DNA from: Batkoa obscura
Taxonomy: Eukaryota
DNA length: 43,833 nt
Assembly: GCA_030770535.1 (NCBI GenBank)
Contig: JASVEC010000137.1
Location: 1-43,833, forward strand
Direction: 5' to 3'
Shown: piece by piece, positions 34,004 through 43,833 of the stretch
Position numbering within the stretch: position 1 is the first letter of the stretch
How the letters are laid out: each line of letters opens with the position of its first letter
Notes under the pieces: generated by a model
Told to the model about the DNA's origin: nothing
The model's input: only the letters and a program-made list of their open reading frames with translations
The model's database searches: none
Made by a program: the position numbers and the translations under genes

Positions 34004-34467
34004 TGTAAAATCTGGTATTCAGTGTTTGGAGTCAAAAACAGTTATTGCTTGATTGACTATACTACAAGTCAAAAGGTCTTAGTTTATGTGACTAAGATAG
34101 ACTTGGGTTATGAAGAATAGCACGTAATAAGCTACAGACTATGTAAAACAAATAGAATAGACAATACTAATGTAAAATCTATGTAAAATACTATTAAGAA
34201 AACTTAGTGACTTTATTAAATGTTCGAGATATCACGGAATAATTCAGTTAAAAAGCCTTAAGCTACTATACTCTGAAAACTCTTTTATACTCTGAAAAGT
34301 ATAAATATCAAAATGAGATGATAATATTCTTTGGGGTGGAGCTAGAAATCCCCATAGCAAATCAAACTAAGAGCATGGGATTGGTTTTCTCTGAACTCGA
34401 GAACATAACAGCTTAGGCGATTGTTATGCTATAATCAACCATGGGACTGACAAAGCGATATTTCACA
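34004..34467 (-). mobile_element. Full-length solo LTR (464 bp), older subfamily
   Basis: TGTAAAATCTGG...GATATTTCACA aligns to the LTR reverse complement with an extra ~64 bp. Flanks ATAG/ACAG look like a decayed 4-bp TSD. Confidence 0.92.
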
Positions 34468-34622
34468 ACAGCTTTAAAAAAAGTAAAGTATATCTAAGAT
34501 GAATAAAATTACTAAAAAACAATTGACTAATATCATGATTTTGATATAAAATTTATAAAATATTATGAAGAAATTTAAAAAAATTAATTTTTAAAAATAT
34601 CCTAGTTATTATAACAGTATAT

Positions 34623-34719
34623 AGGGTGTTTTTTTGGCTTCATTACTTTTTCCATCTCTTAAGCACTACTTGAGTGGAAAAATTGTTAGTGAAATTCTTA
34701 AATACAAAAATACATCTCT
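34623..34719 (-). mobile_element. MITE copy, reverse orientation (ATAT TSD)
   Basis: AGGGTGTTTTTTT...AAAAATACATCTCT flanked by ATAT. Confidence 0.83.
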
Positions 34720-35071
34720 ATATAATAAAAAACAACTTTATTTTTAAACTATAAGCTAAACAAAATATCTATATTAGCTTTTTGTATCTTTTATTTAATT
34801 ATAATAAAAATCAAAGTTTATATTATAGTATTGGTTATTTTTTAGATTGGATTTGGATACTTTCAGTTTATAACAAAGCCAAGGCAAAAATCAATTGCTT
34901 TTTTGAAGTACATAGTACATAGTTTTCTCAAGTGGTTGATTTTTATAGCTATTTTTAGGCGCCCTACTAAATTTTACTTTGTATTAATTCAATTCTTAAC
35001 TATAAACTGTTATGTAATAAGTTAAAAATTAAGAACAAAATTATATTTTTTGTGCCTTGATCATAAGTATT

Positions 35072-35144
35072 GGGGAACTAGCTCAGATGGTAGAGCGCTC
35101 GCTTAGCATGCGAGAGGCACCGGGATCGATGCCCGGGTTCTCCA
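35072..35144 (+). tRNA. tRNA-Ala (AGC)
   Basis: GGGGAAC...GTTCTCCA acceptor stem with G3:U70, CTCGC-TTAGCAT-GCGAG anticodon arm, GATCG T loop typical of eukaryotic tRNA-Ala. Confidence 0.95.
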
Positions 35145-36234
35145 CATTAGTGAAATGTAGCTTTATAGTTACCTTATGGCTTATTTTTTAATATGATATA
35201 TGAGATAGCTTTAAATTTGACTATCATTGTAATTTCATCTTTTAATAAAACTTTATAGTATTATATAAAACATCTCTATTTTAAACGACACCTTGAATTT
35301 TTTAGCCTTAATAATATCACAGTGGCATACAAAGCTTCTCTACATCGAAATGTTTATCTTATGGCCTAAACCTTTTAAAGGAGGCATTTTATATAAACTT
35401 ATATTCAAATTTATGACAGCTTTATACTACCGGTTTTCAACTGTATGTCACTTATGGGATCTACAGAAATGTCTGTGAGCATCTTTTAAACAAAGCGTTC
35501 ATTCTAGATTGTACATAATTTCGAATAAATTGATCTAATATGCCTTTAAACCCTTTCCACTATATTTTTAATATACACTACAATAAATATCGTAGTATAA
35601 AATGCCTCTATCAAAAATAACAACTCATAAGATCTATAAGAGAATTTATTATTAAGCTTTTTCACTAGATTATCTTTTATGTAGTGAATTCAATGACTGT
35701 TTTTAAAAAAGTTTAGCTTAAATTACTATTAAATAAAAAATAGATATTATTTTAATGATGAATTTAAAAAGTATACAATTTCAGGAAGATCTTTCAATCT
35801 AATAAATAAATCAAGAAAATAACAAATCATTATCGTCCATTTCAATTAAGAAACTGATATAGTATAAAAACTTGGCAATAGGAACTGAATTTAAAACTTT
35901 GACGAAGGAGTGATATGAGGATATGTTCGATTGGGCATAAAATAACCTTCCATTTGACATGTAAATTAAACTAAATTTTGACCACCACACTATGTAAGAG
36001 AGACTAAAAATTAAGGTTAAGCTATAGAACAAATGCTTATAAATCTAGGACGAGATTTGTGTGAAACTACATTGACATAAAAATACAAAATTATTGGTAA
36101 AAACATATTTATTTAAAGTTTAAGGTTAACTTAAAATGAAAGTACCCCCATAGTAATAATAGGAAATTAAAATTAAGTGTATAAATAGCTCAAAAAGTAT
36201 ATTGGACTTTATTAATTTATATTCATTTAACATA

Positions 36235-36921
36235 ATGGATTCCAATACCTCCACTTCTTCAAATAACAATCCAATGATATGGTCGATCGTCACCTTAGTA
36301 TTAGGAATCATCTTATTTTTATTCGGTGGTATAATTTTAGCTAAAGGGTTGAAATGTATCAAGTTTACTCGTGGAATCTCTGGTCTTTGGTTCTTTGGTT
36401 ACTTGACATATCTTCTTGGTATTGTCATCATTGTAAATGTGTCACCAAGTGATCCTACTACTGCTCTATGGATTGTGTTTGGCTGTACTATAGGATTTAG
36501 TATTCTTGGTGCTATCTTATGTGGTGCAATTGGTATTTTAGGCGACATCATTTTAGGAGCAGCTTCAGGTTGGAGTTTATGGACTATCTTCTCTCCTTTC
36601 GTTTCAAACAACATTGTTAACTTGGTTGTAAGTATTGTCCTTGCTTTAGTTTTCGCTATCCTAGTTGTATGGTTTAAGGAAAAGGCACAAATCTTTGCAT
36701 CTAGCTGGATTGGATCCATCTTACTTATCAGTGGTGCTGTATATATTATAATCAACTCAATCGTATTATCTGGTAACTACGATGCACTTGTATCCGGTTC
36801 TCTTATCCTGTATATTATTTCAATCATTGCCACTTTCTTAGTTTTCGCTGTTGCTTCTTATCTTCATTTCAGATCAAACTCTTCAATTCAACAGCCTATT
36901 GAAAAGCAAGAAGATGCCTAA
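36235..36921 (+). CDS. Multi-pass membrane protein, paralog 2
   Basis: Same protein as paralog 1 from MIWSIV onward. The likely ATG is at 36235 (CATAATGGA context shared with paralog 1), not the TTG at 36202. Confidence 0.8.
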   Translation: MDSNTSTSSNNNPMIWSIVTLVLGIILFLFGGIILAKGLKCIKFTRGISGLWFFGYLTYLLGIVIIVNVSPSDPTTALWIVFGCTIGFSILGAILCGAIGILGDIILGAASGWSLWTIFSPFVSNNIVNLVVSIVLALVFAILVVWFKEKAQIFASSWIGSILLISGAVYIIINSIVLSGNYDALVSGSLILYIISIIATFLVFAVASYLHFRSNSSIQQPIEKQEDA

Positions 36922-38261
36922 ATACTCTAACTCTATTATTTAATTTCATAATAAACACCTCAATGCTAATTAAGGGCTAAAAGTATTATTTTATGTGCCT
37001 CAGTTCTTTTTTTATTTTATCCTTTATTTATCAAAGATGTTATTTAACTTCTTGTACCATTGAAGTTGTAAGATACAGATTTAAATCTAAGCATAGGTGA
37101 TCCTTAAAGATACAAAAACTATGTTTGTAATACAGTTGAGCTATATTTGTTAATATCTGTAAGCTTCAAAATAATTTAAATCAAAGGAATAAACTGATTT
37201 TATTTTATCATTTTTACAAACCCATTTTTATGTTCTATTGCACTTTGACATAAAATTCCCGAAATATATAATTACAACAGTACACAATTTTTATATATAT
37301 AATATGTTTTTAGTGAAACATTTGATATTGCAGCTAATAACTTATTTGGTTTAGGTAGATGCAACTATGATGGAACACAAAAAAGGTCTTGTTAAAAACG
37401 ATAACTAAAATTATTGTGCCACTTTATTTAGTTTAGTTATTTCAAAACTCAAGATATTAATAAATATAAGCTATATTGTTAGATTTTAATAGTTTCACCT
37501 TTGAAATATAGACAAGTTATAGTAGCGAGTAATATAGCCTTTTAGTGATTATTTTTTTAACAACCTGTAAGCTACCTGGGCTAAAATCCCATTATTATTG
37601 ACTAATTTTTACAGGACTATGGGAAGTTTGGAGACTATCCTTTGGCTTTTCTTACTTAGACATGAATATGATAGCCTTTATAGGATCGTCAATAATCATC
37701 TTTGGCAGATATCGTCACTTTTCATTAAAGCTATGTAAAGGTTAAAAGACTTGGAGATTGTAATACTAAATAAAAAACTATTACAATAGCTGTAAAATTG
37801 TTAAGTTTATAATTTGATAATTTAAGTAAAACGGTGCAAATTTCACTCGAATTTCTTACATTAATCCTCCACTTAAGCAACGTGACTTCTAATTTACCTA
37901 AGCGATATTAGCTAAGCCTACGAGGTTTTACTGCTTTAAGAAGTTTTGCTCTCTTCTTAAATCTACTATATCTATATTCAGTATCAACTCAAAATCCAGT
38001 TCCAAGTTTCACTTTGATTCTATTATCGGCTTTTGCTATTTGGTCGATTAGGTTTTGAACTATTCTCTAGCTTTTATGCAACCACTATCGCCCTATTACG
38101 TGAGTCTTCAACTTCATTGGTATATCTACCCATTGCTAATATGTGGTATAACTTCATAAAGGCAAGTTGAGCCATATTGGTAGTCTAGTTAGAGATGTTA
38201 GTATTGAATCCTTCTTACACTATAAGTACATTAATTTACTTTATTAAATACAATAACATAT

Positions 38262-38357
38262 AGGGATGTATTTTTTATTTAAGAATTCTACCAACAATCT
38301 TTCCACTCAAATAGCGTTTAAAAAGCGGAAAAGTAATGAAACTAAAAAAAAATCCCC
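38262..38357 (+). mobile_element. MITE copy (ATAT TSD)
   Basis: AGGGATGT...AATCCCC flanked by ATAT. Confidence 0.85.
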
Positions 38358-38578
38358 ATATAGATTGTATCCCCCAGTATCAATTATTCAATTATTACTT
38401 TAAGTTCTTATTTAAAACCGTATTACCTCATTTTAATTTCCAGTGTGTAAATACAATTTCACAGTATATGAATAGTTCACAAAGCCTATAATAATTCATC
38501 GACTATGTCTTAGATACTCACCTAAGATTGCAATTATTTGAATACAGTAGATTTATTAATTTTTATTAACTCGAGGTA

Positions 38579-39365
38579 ATGGACTTGAATACTTCTACTT
38601 CTTTGCTTAAAAGCGTAATGATATCGTCAACTTTTGCCCTAGTATTAGGAATCATCTTATTTTTATTCGGTGGTATAATTTTAGCTAAAGGGTTGAAATG
38701 TATCAAGTTTACTCGTGGAATCTCTGGTCTTTGGTTCTTTGGTTACTTGACATATCTTCTTGGTATTGTCATCATTGTAAATGTGTCACCAAGTGATCCT
38801 ACTACTGCTCTATGGATTGTGTTTGGCTGTACTATAGGATTTAGTATTCTTGGTGCTATCTTATGTGGTGCAATTGGTATTTTAGGCGACATCATTTTAG
38901 GAGCAGCTTCAGATTGGAGTTTATGGAGACTTTTTTATCCATTTGTTTTTAACATGACCAATTTGATTGTAATTTTCGTCCTTATTGTAGGTTTTTCTGT
39001 CTTAACAATATGGCTTTATGAAAGGGTTCATATGGAGATGTATTTTTTCGTTCAAGAATTTTACTAACAATTTTTCTACTCAAATAGCGCTTAAAAAAGA
39101 GAAAAAGTGATGAAACCAAAAAAAACATCCTCATATCTTTACATGTATTTGGATTGGATCTATTTTACTTATCAACAGGTCTGTAAATATTACAATTCAC
39201 TCCATTGTATTATCAGGCAATTTTTATGTACTTATGTCTTGTTCTTTTGCTATCTATATCACTGCAACTATCGCCACTTTCTTAGTCTTTGGAATTACTT
39301 CTTATCTTCTTTATACCTCTAATTCTTCAACTCATCAACCTGTTGAAAAGCAAGAAGAGGCTTAG
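38579..39365 (+). pseudogene. Membrane protein paralog 3, disrupted by a MITE
   Basis: Removing 39034-39136 restores an open frame ...ERVHIFTCIWIGSILLINRSV...QPVEKQEEA*, collinear with paralogs 1 and 2. Confidence 0.88.
39034..39132 (+). mobile_element. MITE inserted in coding sequence (ATAT TSD)
   Basis: ATAT-GGAGATGT...ACATCCTC-ATAT; the empty site is defined by the paralog alignment. Confidence 0.92.
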
Positions 39366-39636
39366 GTGCTCTAATTTTAGCCTTTTAATTTCAATAATAT
39401 AAAACTTGAAGAATTATTATTTATAGCTTTAACTAAAATAAAGAAGATTTGAGATGCTAAAAGTATGCTTTTAAATATTCATGTAAGTGGCCTATGTATC
39501 AAAAATCTCTTATTAATCTATATAATTTATTATGAAATTTTAATGATGATTCAGTACAGAAAACTCTTTTGAATTTTTTTAATATAAAACCCCTATAATC
39601 TAAGAATTAATTATTAAAAGTTTAATAGTAAAATAT

Positions 39637-39732
39637 GGGGATGTTTTTTTTTGATTACATTGCTTTTCCATTTTTTAAGCACTATTTAAGTAGAAAAATC
39701 GTTAGCAAAATTAAACAAAAAAATATATCCCC
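39637..39732 (-). mobile_element. MITE copy, reverse orientation (ATAT TSD)
   Basis: GGGGATGT...ATATCCCC flanked by ATAT; about 100 bp upstream of tRNA-Ile copy 2. Confidence 0.85.
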
Positions 39733-39833
39733 ATATGTTTAGTGATTTACTAAATAGGAGTTAAAATTTAGATTATATAAAATTAAATTTATATAAATAA
39801 AACTTTACTAATATCTCAATAGTAATTAGAAAT

Positions 39834-39906
39834 GCTCCGTTAGCTCAGTTGGCAGAGCGTGGTGCTAATAACGCTAAGGTCATAGGTTCAAGCCCTATAC
39901 GGAGCA
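39834..39906 (+). tRNA. tRNA-Ile (AAT), copy 2
   Basis: Identical to 22821-22893. Confidence 0.95.
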
Positions 39907-40092
39907 TGTATTCTTGATTGTATACATATTTTTTGACTAAATCTATTATCCAATCAAAATTCAATAAATATGCTGATTTCATTTTTCTAGGGAACAACTG
40001 GTTTGTTTCTTAATCAAATTTTTATTTTCTACAAGCAACAAAAGAAATAGTCTATTAAAATAGAGAAACAGAAATCCAAACATATATTTAAA

Positions 40093-42112
40093 ATGGCCTA
40101 TTTCAGCAATATCATTAATTTAGTACAAACTGGTATACAACAATATAGTAGTAATCCCATCTTAAAAGAATATAGTATATTAGAAGAGCAACATTTAAAG
40201 GATCCATTTTTATCTAAATTATGGCGGTGTTTTAACGTAATACAAAAAGTAAGTTCTATCGTTTATACTATTATTTCATAAAAAATCATCCATATGATAC
40301 ATAGAATTAATTTGTATTATTTAGTCGACATTAAAAGAATATACTTTATTTTTACATAACGATAAAGATTATAAAATTGAAAATGCAGTGGATGGCTATT
40401 CGATAGCAGAAAGAGTATTGAAACGGTTCAAAACATTAAAGCATCCTGATTCTATTCAATTTATTGAAGGTTATAGTAACAGTTATCAAGTTTCTATTGT
40501 AACGGAAAGAGTGGAATTCCTTGGATTTGAAGATGAAATAATTATAGAACCTTTCCATTGTTTCAAATTATTGGTAAGAAACTTTTTTACATGTTTGTGC
40601 AAAAGTCGATTTGGTAATTAATCTATTGTTTATTATAGAAAGTATGTAATTTTTTATTTGAAAATGGGTTTATTATTGGACGAGTTACAAAACAGCATGT
40701 GGTCATGAATCAAGCATCAGAATGGAAATTATTTAATCTACAATTTTTGGGAAGAGAAGAAGAGAAAGATGAAATTATAGCCGAGTTGACTAGATTTAAT
40801 TTGATACCTAAAGAAATAACGGATAGAAATAACATAACTCCAATTGAAAGTTATCAGTTAGGCAATTTGCTATTTGAGTTGTTTGAAGGGGAAGAGATTA
40901 GAGATAGTAATAATCTACGATTTAAAAAGAACAATAATAAAGGAATACAGGAATTGATTAGGAAAATGATAATGAATAAGAATTATAAGAAAGATATTAT
41001 TAATCTATTAAATAACAATAGTTATTTTCGACATTTTAAAATTGAAATTGATAATCAATTAAATCAATTTACAACTTTAAATAATGAAGAAAAACAACAA
41101 TTTTATAAAAAAATACAATTTCATTTAAATGAATTAAACCAACATTATATACGATATAAAATTATCTTTGAATTAAGTAAATTTTTAAAAATTGGGTTAT
41201 TAGAAAATGAAGGTATACAAGTATTAATTAAATTAAGTGAGCTTGAGCCTAAGTTAATAGTTAAAGATTATATGGAAGCATTTAAAAACAGTGATCGTAA
41301 ATTGAGGTTTAACTTGTTATTAAATTTTCATAAAATCATCCATCATTTTAATGAATATGATATTAAAGAAATTTATCATAATATTTTATTAGGTTTAAAA
41401 GATAATCATTTACAAATTAAAGAATTAAGCTTAAAAGTTATTTTATTATTATTAAATAAATTAAATAAGGATTGTAATAATAGTAATAATAATGATAATA
41501 ATCAAAATAGTAATAGTGATAATGAAGAAAATAATAATAATAATAATAGTTTAATAATCACAATAATAGAAGATATTTATGATTCAATAAAGGAATTACA
41601 ATTTGATAAGTTGGGCATAGTAAGAGCTAATACCATTTTAATATATGAAAAAATTATACCCAATTATAGTAATAAAATAACAATTTATCATCAAATTATA
41701 AAATCATTAAAAGATCCCTTTCCACCAAGTAGAATTAATAGCTTAAATTGTTTAATACTATTAATTAATAATTTAAATCTAAAATTATTTATACAATCTT
41801 TATTACCCAACTTGATTCCTTTATTAATGGATACTGAAAAAAATATTCGGATTCAAGCTAAAAATTTAACTGATAAAAGTTTATTAAAAGTGGATGAGTT
41901 TACAAAAGAATTACCAGATACCGGTTTTGTACAAGAGAAGCAGAACAATTCAAATAACAGTAATGTAAAGAATATTAATACGACTAGTAACTCAGATAGT
42001 ATTAATACTATAAATAATAATAATTGGACTAATTGGGCAGTTAATAATTTAAGCAAAGGCATATCATATGCAGCGGATTCTATTCAAAATTCATCCATTT
42101 TATTACCAGAAG

Positions 42113-42146
<34 letters not shown>

Positions 42147-42615
42147 AATTAATAGTAATGATACAAATACTATAGCCAATGTTATACCTACTGCTCCTAT
42201 AACTACTACTACTACTACTAATGATGATTGGGGTGCTTGGGGTGACGAGATTGAGGAAGCCGTTGAAGATATTAGTAAAGCTCAACTTAATAATAACAAA
42301 ATAAAGACCACATTAACCAAGGTTATCAATACAATTACTGATGATACAACTACAGATGCTTGGGATAATTGGGATACTTCAGATAATAGTAATGTAATTA
42401 AAGATGATAAAGCAGAAGACAATAATAAAGTTGATACTTGGGATGATTGGGGTAGCGAAAATCAATTCAATAACAATAGCATTAATAGGGGGGTTAAAAT
42501 GAATAAGAGTAATAATAATAGTAATGAAAGTGGAATAAAGAAAACAAATAAAATCGTACCTAGTAAAGCGAAAGGAAAACTTAAATTAGGTGCTAAAAAA
42601 ATTAGTAAGGGGTAA
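40093..42615 (+). CDS. CEX1: SCY1-family pseudokinase-HEAT protein (Cex1/SCYL1), 3 exons
   Basis: LKRFKTLKHP..IVTERV pseudokinase region, HEAT segments VRANT and LKDPFPPSR, disordered DDWG-rich tail, C-terminal KLGAKK. Intron donors at ~40249 and ~40574. Confidence 0.85.
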
Positions 42616-42894
42616 ATCAACGTATGTTATAGTTAAATAAAAAAGATATTATGATATTTATTTTGGTTTTTTGATGTTTTTTATTTTTAATGCAATTGTA
42701 AATTAGATAACAGGAAAATATACAATATAGTAACGATGTAAAGGGAAGAGGGAAGGGGATTGGAGCTCAAAATGTATATGCAAAAGAAGTGAATAGAAAT
42801 AGAATAGAAATAGAGTAATAAAATGAATATATGTAAAATAATAGAGAAAATAGAAAAGAAAAGATGAAGGAAATAAGGACAAAAAGGTTGAACT

Positions 42895-43425
42895 TTAAAT
42901 TTTTAACCAATTACGAACAATAGAGATATCATTTAATAAACTATTCAACATTGGTATAACATTTAGCTGATTATTATTCTGATTATTTAAAAAATTAATT
43001 GTGTTATCCAACCCTTTTAAATAAACATTTAACTTCTTTTCTAGAAATAGAGAATCAAAATTTTTATAATTTTTATCAGATAAATAATAACATAAAGTTA
43101 AAATGGCTAATTGCAAAAATAACAATTTCTTGAAATTATCGGTGAGGGTATTATTTAATGTAATAAATTGAGATATTGTCAAAGATTGATTTAATTCAAT
43201 ATTTAAATTAAAAAAATCTAATATTAAACTACATGTAAAATAATCAATCCCTAATTCTACTATTAACTTATTAATCATATTTTTCAAGTTTTGATTTTTA
43301 TTTTGGTTACTAATTAATCGATAATATTCCCATTCTTTTATATGTTCATTACTATCATTATCTTTGATAACATTGATACTCTCCAAACTACTATTGTTAC
43401 TATTAATCATTCTTATTGGCTTCAT
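42895..43425 (-). CDS. Hypothetical protein (176 aa)
   Basis: ATG-initiated ORF with host-like composition; no recognisable motif; may have further exons. Confidence 0.5.
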   Translation of the reverse strand: MKPIRMINSNNSSLESINVIKDNDSNEHIKEWEYYRLISNQNKNQNLKNMINKLIVELGIDYFTCSLILDFFNLNIELNQSLTISQFITLNNTLTDNFKKLLFLQLAILTLCYYLSDKNYKNFDSLFLEKKLNVYLKGLDNTINFLNNQNNNQLNVIPMLNSLLNDISIVRNWLKI

Positions 43426-43833
43426 TTCTTCACTACTTAATTATCTATTTATTTAAATACCGATTTACAACGCACTCGTAACTACTGTGACTACAAAAAA
43501 AATCAAAAAAAATTTCAAACTCTAAAAACTTAAAGCTTAATTGAATGTTTACATTTGATTTATATATCTTTTGAAATTCATATAACTTAATAAATTACTT
43601 TAATCTATTTATTTCTAAATTTTCATTTGATTTTGCTCATATTCTTATTTATCTCAATTTAATTGGCTAAATTCAATAGTATAACTCCGAACCTTAAAGC
43701 ATTTTATATAAAAATTCTTATTATTAAAAAACTTAGAGATCTTGTTGAAAGATTGATCTGAAATAAATAAATTCCTTTTAATAAAAGAACAAGAATTGAG
43801 ATCTACTTTTAAAACAGCTTAAAAGGAGTAAAT

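Noticed and set aside
29465..36755. Duplicated 118-aa minus-strand ORFs (29465-29821, 36399-36755)
   Set aside because: Antisense shadows of the duplicated membrane protein gene.
39107..39322. 71-aa ORF as a separate gene
   Set aside because: It starts inside the MITE and is out of frame with the true 3' half of paralog 3.
39834..40093. Functional link between tRNA-Ile and the adjacent CEX1 (a tRNA export factor in yeast)
   Set aside because: Adjacency alone is not evidence, and tRNA genes are frequent in this window.

Overview
AT-rich eukaryotic DNA with short (~50-60 nt) GT-AG introns, most consistent with an early-diverging fungus. A Conidiobolus-like entomophthoralean is my inference from the intron style, the secreted trypsin and the F-box relics. 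The ends are gene-dense: a HOS2/HDAC3-type deacetylase, a putative PalC-like Bro1 protein, RPF2, an unknown gene and MON1 on the left; CEX1/SCYL1 on the right. The ~30 kb interior is an accessory region with five tRNA genes (2x Asn-GTT, 2x Ile-AAT, Ala-AGC), trypsin, NUF2, a divergent cyclin, pseudogene relics and three copies of a multi-pass membrane protein gene showing gene-conversion patterns. Its centrepiece is an intact, very young Ty3/gypsy LTR retrotransposon (12011-19563; 400-bp LTRs identical by eye, TTAT target-site duplication). It has an 18-nt primer-binding site matching the tRNA-Asn genes on both sides of it, a -1 frameshift signal, a long coiled-coil Gag, an AT-hook, and a dUTPase-like domain lacking catalytic motifs between protease and RT. 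Two older LTR relics and ~18 copies of a ~99-bp MITE with AWWT target-site duplications (Sola1-like) are also present; one MITE disrupts a gene.
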